From contig CAWDVA010000002.1 in NCBI GenBank assembly GCA_963805645.1, forward strand, positions 48,923-112,922: 64,000 nucleotides of DNA, written 5' to 3'. The position numbers were made by a program, and so were the translations under genes. The DNA is from an uncultured Chloroflexia bacterium. GTDB taxonomy: Bacteria; Chloroflexota; Limnocylindria; QHBO01. Within the stretch, counting starts at the first letter, position 1, and each line of letters begins with the position of its first letter. Shown here in pieces: positions 35,675 to 46,000 of the stretch. The notes beneath the pieces are model-generated. The model was not told where the DNA came from. It did no database searches and saw only the letters and a list, made by a program, of their open reading frames with translations.

Positions 35675-35808
35675 GCCCTGTACCCGGCGCTGCGCCTCGC
35701 TCCCCGGCGCGCGCGCCATGCCGGGTGCCAGCCCGAGGGCCGGGAGCGCCACGATTCCCGCGGTGCGTGCGACATCGGCGGGGCACCGGGCGCTCGGCGA
35801 CTCGTCAC
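35671..35808 (-). CDS. Candidate 45-aa Arg/Trp-rich small ORF
   Basis: GGAGG 7 nt before GTG; stop forms ATGA overlap with the next gene. Confidence 0.35.
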   Translation of the reverse strand: MTSRRAPGAPPMSHAPRESWRSRPSGWHPAWRARRGARRSAGYRA

Positions 35809-35949
35809 GGCGTAACCTCCCCTCTCACGGCGGGATCATGGCAATCGCCGGGGCGTCCGGCAAGAGCGCGCCGACGGCGCGGAGGTGAACCTCGGCGGCA
35901 CGGCGATCGTGCAGGCGGCGAAGCGCGGAGCGGCGGTCCCCGCCGCAGC

Positions 35950-36885
35950 CTAGGAACCGGGCGAGGCGGATGGAGCGGGCGCCGCTGACTCGGCCTCCGA
36001 GAGGAGCGCGCGAACCATGACGGCGCGCGGGTCGTCGGGGGCGGCGACCAGGAAGGCCTGGAACTCCCTGACGGCGGTGGTGGTGTCGTTCGCGCCGCGC
36101 AACGCGATGATCCCGCGGAAGAACGGGATGTCGGGTGAGTCCGCTGCGACCCTGGCGTAGGCATCGGTGGCCGAGGTCGCATCGGTCCAGTCGCCGACAT
36201 TGACGTAGGCGGTGATCAGGCGCTGGTAGGCGCTGGCGTCGGTCGGCTCGAGGCTGATGAGGGCCAACAGGATGGTGCCCGCACGGCTCAGGTCGTCGGC
36301 GGTGCCGCCCTGCAGGTAGGCATCGGCCAGCTTCGAAAGCGCATCGGTATCGCGGGGATTCGCCGTGAGCGCGTCGAGCAGCTGCCTGATGGTGGCCTGG
36401 CGCGCCGCCTCCTGCGCCTGCTGCGAGGCCAGGGCCTCGTTGGTCTGGGTGGGGTTGGCCAGGCTGAAGGGCGCCGGCAGGACGAAGCCGATGACGACCG
36501 CCAGCGCCAGCACGGCCGCCGCGAGCCCCACCCGCCGTGGCGGCAGCGGTGAGCCCGCGGCAGGGTGGTCGGCCCGGGCCGCCAGGGGTCCGGCCTCCGC
36601 GGACTCGAGGGCGGCCAGCGTCTCCGCGGCACGCCGCTCCGCCTCCTCGCGCTGCGCTGCATGGGCGGCCTCGTCGAGCGACCCGGCGCGGTGGTCGGCC
36701 TCCACGTCGCGGATCGCCTCCAGCGCGACCCGATGCCGGATGCGCAGCACGTCCAGGTCCTCGCGGGCCTCGTCCGCCGACGGGATCGTCCCTCCGCGCC
36801 GGGCCCGGACGAACGGGGTCGCGATCAGCGCCGCCACACCGCCACCCACGAGGACCAGCAGGAGCAGCTCCATCGGGTCAGGCAT
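35950..36885 (-). CDS. ccmI: CcmI/CycH-like TPR protein
   Basis: TM, then IRDVE.D...G.L; second TM; TPR-like helices; last gene of ccm operon. Confidence 0.75.
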   Translation of the reverse strand: MPDPMELLLLVLVGGGVAALIATPFVRARRGGTIPSADEAREDLDVLRIRHRVALEAIRDVEADHRAGSLDEAAHAAQREEAERRAAETLAALESAEAGPLAARADHPAAGSPLPPRRVGLAAAVLALAVVIGFVLPAPFSLANPTQTNEALASQQAQEAARQATIRQLLDALTANPRDTDALSKLADAYLQGGTADDLSRAGTILLALISLEPTDASAYQRLITAYVNVGDWTDATSATDAYARVAADSPDIPFFRGIIALRGANDTTTAVREFQAFLVAAPDDPRAVMVRALLSEAESAAPAPSASPGS

Positions 36886-37351
36886 CCAGCGCCTCCACCT
36901 CGTCGCGGATGCGCTGGCGCACCGCGGTGTCGTTGGGCGAGGTCCCGTCCGCGGGCGGCGTGGGGCGTCCACGGCCGGCGCGCAGCCAGGCGATCAGGCC
37001 CACCGTGGCCAGGGCGACGAGACCCAACGGGATCCAGAACCAGGCCGGCGACGAGGGTTCCAGGAGGATCCACTCGCCGTAGCGAGCCACGAAGTAGTCG
37101 CGAACCTGGGCCGGGGTCTGGCCGGCGGCGAGCTGACGGGCGACCTCGTCGCGGATGGCGGTCGCCGAGGTGGTGTGGGACTCGGCCACCGAGAGCCCCT
37201 GGCAATCGGGGCAGCGCAGCTCCGACTCGAGCTGCTGCGCCTCCTGGGCCCGGGTCAGGGCCGGTGCGGGCCGCATGAGATCGACGACGACCGCCGCCGC
37301 CAGGGCCAGCAGCGCGACGATGGCCAGGGTGAAGGCCGTGCGTCGGATCAT
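36878..37351 (-). CDS. ccmH: Cytochrome c biogenesis protein CcmH
   Basis: LRCPDCQG.SVAES, YFVARYGEWILL.P. Confidence 0.92.
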   Translation of the reverse strand: MIRRTAFTLAIVALLALAAAVVVDLMRPAPALTRAQEAQQLESELRCPDCQGLSVAESHTTSATAIRDEVARQLAAGQTPAQVRDYFVARYGEWILLEPSSPAWFWIPLGLVALATVGLIAWLRAGRGRPTPPADGTSPNDTAVRQRIRDEVEALDA

Positions 37352-37899
37352 TGCGCGGCCACCGGCACGCCCAGGGCCGCCATCTGGGCCGAGATGACCT
37401 CGGAGGTCACCGGGCCGATCTGCTTGCCGCGCACGACGCCGTCCGCGTCCACGAAGAACGTCTCCGGCGGCCCGGTCACCCCGAAGTCGACCGCCGTGGC
37501 TCCTGACGGGTCGAGCAGGTCGGTCCACCCGCCGTCGCCATAGCGGGAGAGGAACCGGGCGGCCCCCTCCGCGTCATCGTTGTAGAGGATGCCCACGATC
37601 GTCACCCGGTCGCCGTAGCGCTGGGCGAGGTCGAGGAGCACGGGGTGCTCCTGCGCACACGGCGGGCACCAGCTGGCCCAGAAATTGAGGACGAGCGGCT
37701 TCCCGGCCAGGTCGTCCGAGCGCAGCGTCGTCCCGTCCAGGGTGGTCAGCTCGAAGGAGGGCATGGGCTTGCCGATGAGCGGCGAGGGGATGGCGGATGG
37801 GTCGTGGCCGAAGCCGATGAACAGCACCGCGACCACCGGCACCAGCACCACGGGCACGATGAGCCAGCGAAGACGCCGCCGGACGGTTCCGGTCGCCAT
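37348..37899 (-). CDS. ccmG: CcmG/TlpA thiol:disulfide oxidoreductase
   Basis: PSPLIGKP, NFWASWCPPC, GPPETF. Confidence 0.92.
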   Translation of the reverse strand: MATGTVRRRLRWLIVPVVLVPVVAVLFIGFGHDPSAIPSPLIGKPMPSFELTTLDGTTLRSDDLAGKPLVLNFWASWCPPCAQEHPVLLDLAQRYGDRVTIVGILYNDDAEGAARFLSRYGDGGWTDLLDPSGATAVDFGVTGPPETFFVDADGVVRGKQIGPVTSEVISAQMAALGVPVAAQ

Positions 37900-37904
37900 C
37901 GGCC

Positions 37905-39914
37905 TCACGCCTCCGCGGGAGCCGATGGGGCGGCAGTCGGCTCCTCCGCGTGCGCGCCGACGGTCGCCCGCCTGCGTTCCGGCCAGATGGCGAAGAGGGC
38001 GCCCAGGCCCACGATGCCGCCCCCGAGCCAGATCCACACCACGCCGGGGTTGACGAAGACGCGGATCGTCGCCTGTCGGGTTCCGCCGTCGTAGCCGATG
38101 AGGGTCACGTACAGGTCCTCCCCCAGGGAGGATCGGACCGCGGGCGTGGCGATCAGGGTGTCCGAGTTGGGGTAGTCGCGCAGCGCGGTGGTCAGGGTGC
38201 CCGACTGCGGCCCGCGATACGTCATCGCGGCGCTCGTCTCCACGACCCGCGGATCGTCCGCCAGCGGGGCGGTGGTCAGGTCGTCATAGGTGAGCGTGTA
38301 GCCGCGGATGGAGATGGTGCCGCCGGGCTCGAGCGTCGCCGAGGCCTGGGCACCCTGCGTGGCGCTGATGGCGATCGCCACCCCCATGACCAGGATGCCG
38401 GCGTGGACCGCGTACCCGCCGTACCGTCGCCGGTTCCGGGTGGCGAGCCGGGCGAGGGCCACCGGCGGCGACTCGTGCCGGCTCCGCGCGCGGGCTCGCA
38501 CCCCGCGCACCATCTCGTCGCCCATGATCACCGCCACGTAGACAGCGAGGCCAACGGTGGCCAGCGGCGCCGGGTCGCGCAGGCCCAGGGCGAGGCAGAT
38601 GGCCACCACCGCGATGCCGGCCAGGATGGGGATCCCGAACCGCTCCTGGATGGTGCGCCAGCCGGCGCCGCCCCAGGGCAGCGCCGGCCCCACGCCCATG
38701 AGGAAGACGAGCGCCAGGAAGAGCGGGGCGTTCACCCGGTTGAACCACGGCGCCCCCACGCTGATGGTCCCGCCGTTGAAGAGCTCGACGATGAGGGGCA
38801 GCAGCGTGCCGAAGAGGACCGCGAAGGTGATCCCCAGGAACAGGACGTTGTTGAACAGGAACGCCGACTCGCGGCTCACCGTCGCGGCGGGACGATCGCG
38901 GTCGCCCAGGTCGGGAAGGCGCCAGACGAGGAGCGTCAGCCCGCCACCGAGCGAGAGGATCACCGCGGCCAGGAACCAGGGGCCAATGGCCGACTGGGTG
39001 AAGGAGTGCACGCTGGCCACGACGCCGGACCGGGTGAGGAACGTCCCCACGATGGTCAGCACGAAGGTGGCGATGACCAGCGCCGAGCTCCAGATCTTCA
39101 GTGAGCCGCGCCGTTCCGCGACCATGGACGAGTGGATGAAGGCGGTGGCCGTCAGCCACGGGAGCAGCGCCGCATTCTCGACCGGATCCCAGGCCCAGTA
39201 GCCGCCCCAGCCCAGGACCTCGTAGCTCCACCAGGCGCCGGCGGTGATGCCCAGGGTCAGGAAGATCCAGGGCACGATGGTCCAGCGCCGCACGATGGCC
39301 AGCCACTCCTCGTCCGTGCGGCGGGTGATGAGCGCCGCCATGCCGAACGCGAACGGCACCGACATCCCGGTGTAGCCCAGGTAGAGCAGCGGCGGATGCA
39401 GGCCCATGAACGGGTGGTTCTGGAGCAGGGCATTGGGACCCGCCCCTTCCGCGGCCACCGGTACGGTGCGGATGAACGGGTTGCCGGGCCAGATCATGAC
39501 CGCGAAGAAGAAGATGGCGATGAACGCCAGCGTGGCACCGGCCCACGGCATGAGCGCCGGGTGACGATCGCGGTAGCGGTAGAGGACCACCGCGGCGTAG
39601 CCGGTGAGGAGCAGCGTCCAGAACAGGATGGAGCCCTCGAGCGCGGCCCACAGGCTGATGACGCTGAAGAATGGCGGCGTGGTGGTGGCGTTGTTGCGCG
39701 CGACGTACAGGATCGAGAAGTCGTGGGTGAGGAGCGCGGTGATCATGATCGCGGAGGCGACGGCGGCCATGGCGAAGGCCAGGTACATGGCCCGCCGCGC
39801 GGAGGCAAGCAAGGTGGCGTCGCGGCGCCGGCCGCCGGCGATGAACGCGAAGGCGGCGAAGGTGGCGGTCGCCAGTCCCACCACGATGGCGACGTGGCCC
39901 AGGGTGGCGAGCAT
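37905..39914 (-). CDS. ccmF: Heme lyase CcmF
   Basis: HPPLLYLGY, WGGYWAWDPVEN, TRSG...SVHSF. Confidence 0.97.
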   Translation of the reverse strand: MLATLGHVAIVVGLATATFAAFAFIAGGRRRDATLLASARRAMYLAFAMAAVASAIMITALLTHDFSILYVARNNATTTPPFFSVISLWAALEGSILFWTLLLTGYAAVVLYRYRDRHPALMPWAGATLAFIAIFFFAVMIWPGNPFIRTVPVAAEGAGPNALLQNHPFMGLHPPLLYLGYTGMSVPFAFGMAALITRRTDEEWLAIVRRWTIVPWIFLTLGITAGAWWSYEVLGWGGYWAWDPVENAALLPWLTATAFIHSSMVAERRGSLKIWSSALVIATFVLTIVGTFLTRSGVVASVHSFTQSAIGPWFLAAVILSLGGGLTLLVWRLPDLGDRDRPAATVSRESAFLFNNVLFLGITFAVLFGTLLPLIVELFNGGTISVGAPWFNRVNAPLFLALVFLMGVGPALPWGGAGWRTIQERFGIPILAGIAVVAICLALGLRDPAPLATVGLAVYVAVIMGDEMVRGVRARARSRHESPPVALARLATRNRRRYGGYAVHAGILVMGVAIAISATQGAQASATLEPGGTISIRGYTLTYDDLTTAPLADDPRVVETSAAMTYRGPQSGTLTTALRDYPNSDTLIATPAVRSSLGEDLYVTLIGYDGGTRQATIRVFVNPGVVWIWLGGGIVGLGALFAIWPERRRATVGAHAEEPTAAPSAPAEA

Positions 39915-39922
39915 GGCCGGTC

Positions 39923-40390
39923 CTAGCCGCCGCTCCCCGACGGGATGAGGTGCGACGGGATCGCGCCATCGGTCGGGGCCACGTACGTCTCGTTGTGCTT
40001 GATCAGGATCTGGGTGGCGGCGAAGGTGCCGTCAGTGCCCAGGGTGCCCTCGACCACCGCCCCGGCGTCGATGCGCGGGCACTGGACGGCCTCGCCCGGC
40101 GCGTTGTGAACGGCGATGGCGTTCGTGTTGTCCGTGAGCGTGAACCGCACCTGGCCGTCCGAGCAGTCCAGGGTCCCGGTCTGCACCAGGCCGCCGAGCC
40201 GGATGGTCTGGCCGATCTCCTTGTCACCCAGGGCCAGGATCTCGGTGGGCGTGCGGTAGTAGACGAGCGCGTCGCCGATCCCGCTGAACGCGAAGTAGCC
40301 GATGACGGCCACCACCACGGCAGCGCCGATCACCAGGCCCCATCGGCTGCGGTGCGGCCGCGGCGGTGGCGCCGGAGCGCTGACGGTCAT
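39923..40390 (-). CDS. ccmE: Heme chaperone CcmE
   Basis: TM, YYRTP, IRLGGLV, KHNETY (HxxxY). Confidence 0.92.
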   Translation of the reverse strand: MTVSAPAPPPRPHRSRWGLVIGAAVVVAVIGYFAFSGIGDALVYYRTPTEILALGDKEIGQTIRLGGLVQTGTLDCSDGQVRFTLTDNTNAIAVHNAPGEAVQCPRIDAGAVVEGTLGTDGTFAATQILIKHNETYVAPTDGAIPSHLIPSGSGG

Positions 40391-40551
40391 TCGCTCCCCG
40401 GTGGGGTGCGGTTGCCCGTGGCCGCGTCCCGATCCTGTGCATCGGCCTCGCGTCGCGCGGCGCGGAGGCGCCAGGCAAGGGTGCCGGCGTACACCGCCAG
40501 CCCGCCGAGGATGCCGGTGAAGCCGGCGATCACGAAGCCCAGGTCGGTCAC
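40387..40551 (-). CDS. ccmD: CcmD-like small membrane protein
   Basis: 54 aa, single TM plus basic tail, overlaps both ccmC and ccmE. Confidence 0.7.
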   Translation of the reverse strand: MTDLGFVIAGFTGILGGLAVYAGTLAWRLRAARREADAQDRDAATGNRTPPGSE

Positions 40552-41339
40552 GGCAGCGCCCCCCCGGTACCGGCCGCGTCGACGTTGGGGGGTCCCGCGG
40601 TGCGGGCGCCATCGGTCCCGGCCGAAGGGGCTGCCTGGGCGCGGAGCCTGGCCGCGGTCAGGCGACCGGCGCGGATACGCTCCTCGAGGGCCAGCTCCGT
40701 CCGGGCAAGCTGGTATCGACGGATCATCAGCCAGGCCCACGCGAGGGTGAATGCGGTGAGCATGCCCATCAGGGTCAGGACGAACACCAGCGGCGCCGCC
40801 GGGTGGAGGAGCTTGTCCGGCGAGCCGAACGTGGCGCCCTGGTGCAGGCCCCGCCACCAGACGACGCTGAAGTGGACGATGGGGATGTCGGCGGCTGCCA
40901 CGAGGCCCACCACCGCGGCGCGCGTGGCGCGCCGGTACGGGTCGTCGGAGAGACGCCGCAGCAGGAGGTAGCCCACGAAGAGGGCGAGGAGGATGGCCGT
41001 GGTCAGCATCCGTGGGTCCTCCCACTGCCAGAAGGTGCCCCAGACCGGCTTGCCCCACATCATCCCGCCCCAGATCGCGAGGGCGGTGAAGAGCGCCCCG
41101 AGCTCCGCTGCGGAGACGGCGACCGCGTCGAAGCGCAGGTCGCGCTTCCACAGCCAGCCGATGCCGGCCAGCGCCGTCACCCCGCCCGACAGGTAGGCCA
41201 GCCAGGCCGAAGCGACGTGCGGGTACATGATCCGCTGGGCGTCGCCCTGGTTCACGTCGGCAGGCACCACGAGAAGGCTCACCGTGGTGCCGGCCACAAT
41301 GGCGATGAGCGCGACGAAGCCCAGGATGCGCGTCTTCAT
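40548..41339 (-). CDS. ccmC: Heme exporter CcmC
   Basis: Y.HV, WGKPVWGTFWQWEDPR, WWRGLHQ. Confidence 0.95.
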   Translation of the reverse strand: MKTRILGFVALIAIVAGTTVSLLVVPADVNQGDAQRIMYPHVASAWLAYLSGGVTALAGIGWLWKRDLRFDAVAVSAAELGALFTALAIWGGMMWGKPVWGTFWQWEDPRMLTTAILLALFVGYLLLRRLSDDPYRRATRAAVVGLVAAADIPIVHFSVVWWRGLHQGATFGSPDKLLHPAAPLVFVLTLMGMLTAFTLAWAWLMIRRYQLARTELALEERIRAGRLTAARLRAQAAPSAGTDGARTAGPPNVDAAGTGGALP

Positions 41340-41343
41340 ATGC

Positions 41344-42036
41344 CTAGACGTCCTCCAGCAGGAAGCCATAGGTGCCGGCTCCCGCGACGAGCATGATGAT
41401 GTCGAACCCGGCGAGGAGCTGCAGCCACGCCCACAGCTCACCGGATGGATCCCCGCCCAGCGCGGCCGCCGTGGCCCTCACGGCGGCGAGGAGCAGCGGC
41501 GCCACGATGGGCAGCACCAGGAGCGGCAGCATCACCTCGCGGGCGCCCATCCGAACCGTCACCCCGGCGTAGAAGGTGCCCGCAGCGGCAAACCCCAGCG
41601 AGCCGAGCACGATGGTCAGGACCAGCGCCGGGAGCGCCGGTCCCAGGTTCATCCCGTACAGGATCGTCACCACCACCAGCAGGACCGCGCCGAGGATGAG
41701 CATGGCGACCAGCCCGGACAGAACCTTGCCCGCGTAGATGGCGCGCCGGTCGACCGGGTACAGCGCGAGCTGCTCCAGGGCGTCGTCGTCGATCTCCACC
41801 TGGTGCAGCCGGGCCACGATGAGCAGGCCGGCGAACACGATCGCCAGCCACAGCAGTCCGGGCGACGCCTCCGCGAGCCTGGCCGAGTCCGGGCCCAGGG
41901 CGAAGCCGAAGAGCAGCAGGACGAGCGCGGCGAAGAACAGGGTCGACGTTGCGGCGTGCTTGCCGCGCAGCTCGGCCACCGCGTCCTTGCGGGCGATGGC
42001 CCAGGCGGCCGACCAGGTGCGGCCGATGGCGCTCAC
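41344..42036 (-). CDS. ccmB: Heme exporter CcmB
   Basis: KD...ELR, PGLLW, MLPLL.LP; six TMs. Confidence 0.92.
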   Translation of the reverse strand: MSAIGRTWSAAWAIARKDAVAELRGKHAATSTLFFAALVLLLFGFALGPDSARLAEASPGLLWLAIVFAGLLIVARLHQVEIDDDALEQLALYPVDRRAIYAGKVLSGLVAMLILGAVLLVVVTILYGMNLGPALPALVLTIVLGSLGFAAAGTFYAGVTVRMGAREVMLPLLVLPIVAPLLLAAVRATAAALGGDPSGELWAWLQLLAGFDIIMLVAGAGTYGFLLEDV

Positions 42037-42821
42037 CTGGCAGCCCCTGCCGCAGCCGGCTCCGATCCACGGTTCGATTCCTGCAGCACGGGCGCCACGC
42101 TCGTCGCGCCATGCCCGGTGACCTCCGCCACGAGCCCGCCGTCGAGGTGCACGGTGCCGTCCACGAGATGCGCGATGCGCTCCACGGCGTGCGAGGCCAG
42201 GAGCACCGTCACACCCACGCCCCGCCAGGCATCGAGCATCCGGTCCACGAGCGCCATCCCGTCGGGATCGAGGGCGGCGTGCGGCTCGTCCAGGAGGACG
42301 AGCGAGGGGGCCGCCAGGAGCATGCGGGCCAGGGCGATGCGCTTGCGCATGCCCGCCGAGAAGCCGCGAACGCGGAGATCTGCGGCATCGGTCATGCGCA
42401 CCTCGTCCAGGGCCGCCGCGATGCGCTCGCCTGCCTCCGCCGGCACCAGGCCCAGGAGCCGGGCGCTGAAGCGCAGGTTCTCCGCGGCGGTCAGGTCGTC
42501 GTACAGCCCGGTGGCGTGGGAGAGGTAGGCGACCCGGGCCCGGACCTGGTCGGCGTGGCGCGCCACGTCCAGGCCGTCCACCGCCGCCGTGCCGAAGCTG
42601 GGCCGGATGGCCGTGGCCAGGATGCGCAGGAGGGTCGTCTTGCCGGCGCCATTTGGCCCCACGAGGGCGATCACCGATGCCGGCTCCACGCGCAACGAGA
42701 CGCCGGCGAGCGCCGGGCTGCGCCCGAAGAGGCGCGCGAGCTCGGCTGTCTCGACCGCCGGGGGCGGCGAATCCTGCAGCCCGAGCGAGCGTGGAGAGCG
42801 GTAGATGGTGGTCTGCGGCAT
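42033..42821 (-). CDS. ccmA: Heme ABC exporter ATPase CcmA
   Basis: GPNGAGKTT, LTAAENL, FSAGM, LLDEP. Confidence 0.92.
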   Translation of the reverse strand: MPQTTIYRSPRSLGLQDSPPPAVETAELARLFGRSPALAGVSLRVEPASVIALVGPNGAGKTTLLRILATAIRPSFGTAAVDGLDVARHADQVRARVAYLSHATGLYDDLTAAENLRFSARLLGLVPAEAGERIAAALDEVRMTDAADLRVRGFSAGMRKRIALARMLLAAPSLVLLDEPHAALDPDGMALVDRMLDAWRGVGVTVLLASHAVERIAHLVDGTVHLDGGLVAEVTGHGATSVAPVLQESNRGSEPAAAGAAR

Positions 42822-42858
42822 GCTCGGCTCAAGGGGCACGAAGGCGTGGGTGCAGGCC

Positions 42859-42887
42859 ACTATGCGACCTGCCCACGGGAGCGTCAA
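42859..42887 (-). promoter_or_regulatory. Sigma70-type promoter of the ccm operon
   Basis: TTGACG-17 nt-CATAGT. Confidence 0.6.
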
Positions 42888-43087
42888 ATGCCCCGCACCG
42901 CGGGGGCAACCGGCGAGAAATTGAACCACGCCGCGATCGGCGAACCCCTGACAGTCTGGGGGCTCGCCCGGGCGTGGCAGTGAACCGCGCGCCGTGCGGG
43001 AGGGTAGTCTCTTCACCCGCCACCGGGGGATTCCGTCGGAGTGTCTCGCTTCCCTTCGCCAACCTGCGCTTGCGCGGTGCACGCTCG

Positions 43088-46000
43088 ATGAGCATGGCCT
43101 CGCTGCGCCTGGTCCTGGCGCGCATCCGCGCCGACTGGGTGGTGACCGCTGCCGCGACCCTGGTGATCCTGGTCGCCACCACCCTCCTCTCCTCCGGTCT
43201 CATCTACGCCGATGCCGTGACCCTGCAGGGCCTGCGCCGTTCCCTGGCCGACGCCCCGGTGCGCCAGGCAAACCTGCAGGTGAGCACGCGCATGACACCG
43301 GCCCAGGCCGCGGCTGCCGACGCGGCGGTGCGCGGGGCCACGACCGCGACGCTGCCGGTGCCCGCGGGCGTGGTGCGGATCTCCGAGTCGGACTCGTTCG
43401 CCCTGCCCCAGCAACCCGACGACGGAGTTCACAACCTGGCCGTCTTCGGCGACTACCAGGGGATCGACGCGCACGCGAGCCTCGTCGAGGGGACCTGGCC
43501 GCAGGCGCGGACGATCTCCACCGGTCCCCTGGAGGTGGCCATCCCGGGGCGCCTGGCAGAGGACCTGGGCGTCGCCGTGGGCGACACGCTGACCATGCCC
43601 AGCCGGTTGAACGCCTCGCTCAGCGTGACGGTCCGGGTCACGGGCATCTACCGTATCGACGACCCCGCGGACCCGTACTGGTGGGCGGAGCCGATGGCGC
43701 TCGACGGCGCCACCGAGAGCACGAACTACACGACCTACGGCCCGCTCATGCTGGCCGATGGCGACTTCGGAGCGGTCATCACCGCCGACTCGGCCGAGAC
43801 GGACTGGCGGATCTTCCCCCACCTGTCGGGCGTGGACCTAGACGGGCTGGCGCCGCTGCGGGCCGGCGTGGCGCGCATGGATGGCACGCTGACGACCGCC
43901 ATTGACGAGGTCGTTGCGCAGGCCCCCGACCTCACGGTCTCGACCGGCCTGGTGCCGATGATCGATGACCTGCAGCGCGCCCTGCTGGCGACCCGCACCG
44001 GCGTCCTCCTTCTCCTGGTCCAGCTGGTCGCCCTGGCCGCGTACGCGCTGCTGCTCACCGCGGGGCTGATGATCGAGCAGCGGCGGGTGGAATCGGCGAT
44101 GCTCCACGCACGCGGAGCGGCCACCGGCCAGCTGGTGGCCCAGGCGCTGATCGAGGGCTTCGTGCTGGCCGTTCCGACGGCGGCGGTCGCGCCCTGGCTC
44201 GCCGCGTTTGCCCTGCGCCTGTTCAACCGGTTCGGTCCTCTCGCCGACATCGGGCTGACGATAGACCCGCAGGTCTCGGTGGCGTCCTACGTGGTCGCCG
44301 GGCTGGGAGCGCTGCTGGCGGTCGGTGCGCTCGTGGCGCCGGCCATCCGTGCCGCGCGCTCGCTGAGCGCCGCGTCGCGCGCGAAGGGTCGCCAGGCGAG
44401 TCGGGGAATGGCCCAGCGCGTGGGACTGGATCTCGCCCTGGTGATCGCGGCGGCCGTGGGCCTCTGGCAGCTGCGCCTGTACGGCGGAGCGCTGACGAGC
44501 ACCTTCCGGGGCGGCCTGGGGATCGACCCGCTCCTGGTGGCGGCCCCCGCCATCGGCCTCATCGCGGGCTCGATCCTGGCCCTGCGCCTGATCCCGCTCC
44601 TGGCCCAGGTCGCCGAGGCGCTCGTCTCCCGCCGTCGGTCCGCGGTGGCCTCGCTGGGCGCCTGGCAGCTTGCCCGCCGCCCCCTGCGCTACAGCCGCGC
44701 GGCCCTGCTGCTGACCCTGACCGTGGCGCTCGGCGGCTTCGCCACGCTGTACATCGCGACCTGGAGCGGGTCGCAGCGCGACCAGGCGGCGCGCGAGGTT
44801 GGTGCCGACATTCGCGTGGAGCCCGACCACCGCTCGGGCGCGATGCCTCTCACTGCGCTGGACGGCGCGTACGGCGCCCTCCCGGGGACCACCGCGGTCA
44901 TGCCCGCGCGGCGCGGCACGCTGTCCGTGTTCGCGGCCGGCGGCAGCGTCGAGCTGCTGGCCCTCGACGCGGCCACCGCGCCCGGGGTCGTGGCCTGGCG
45001 CGCGGACGAGGCGGCACAGCCGCTCGCCGCCCTCATGGCGCCGCTCGTCGCGGCCCGACCGTTGCTTGACGGACCGGTCCTGCCCGGCACGCCGGCGCGG
45101 ATCGCGGTGGACGTGGGCGTCGCCCTGGAGCCTCCCCCCAGGATGCCCCCGGGTCGTGACCCGCCGGTCGTTCCGGCCTCCGGTGCCCTGCGTCTCCTGG
45201 TGACGGACGGGACCGGGTCCGTCCATCTCGTGGCCCTTGGCGACGTGAACCTCGTCGACGGGACCCAGCGGATCGAGCGGACCGTGGGCGCGGCCGGCCC
45301 GGACGGAAGCTGGTTCGCGTTGCCGGCGCCGGTGCGCCTGCTCTCGATCTCCCTGGGCATCGACCTGCCCGGTCCGAACATGCAGTTCAACGGCACCGTC
45401 ACGGTCCGCGGCATCGAGACGTCCGACGCGGTCGAGGGCGATGCCTGGACCGCCGCTACGCTCGGCGGGAACTGGCTCACCGCCGAGCCGGGATCCGTGA
45501 GCCTGGGAACGCTTGGCCTGGCGCCGGCAGGCCACGGCGAGCTGGCCATGGCCATCGACACCGGTGTCACGCGTGCTGGGCGGCGCGGCCCGCAGTACGC
45601 GATCCAGCAGGCCGGCCTGCGAGCGGTGACCGCCGGGGCCGTGCCGATCCTGGCCAACGCGCGCTTCCTGACGCTGGTGGGGGCGAAGACGGGCGGCACC
45701 CTGGCGCTCGACCTGGGCGGCGGCCCCGAGCCGGTGCGCATCTCGGGGGTCTTCGATGACTTCCCGACCACCGACGCCACGATGCCCATCGTCATCGCCG
45801 ACCTGCCGACCATCCAGGTCCAGCAGGCCATCAACAGCCGCCCGCAGGTTCCGACCGAGTGGTGGTTGGCCACCGCGCCGGCGACGGACGCCGCAACGGC
45901 TGCCGCGCTGCGCGCGGCGCCGTACAGCAGCACCTCGGTGATGGACCGCGCCGAGCGGGCGATCGCGCTCCAGACGGATCCGCTGGCGCTGGGCGTCATA

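Noticed and set aside
33561-35950. Possible island integrated at the tmRNA 3' end
   Set aside because: No integrase, no duplicated ssrA 3' end seen, no evident composition shift
35950-42821. ccm operon as a novel system
   Set aside because: Canonical System I with all expected motifs
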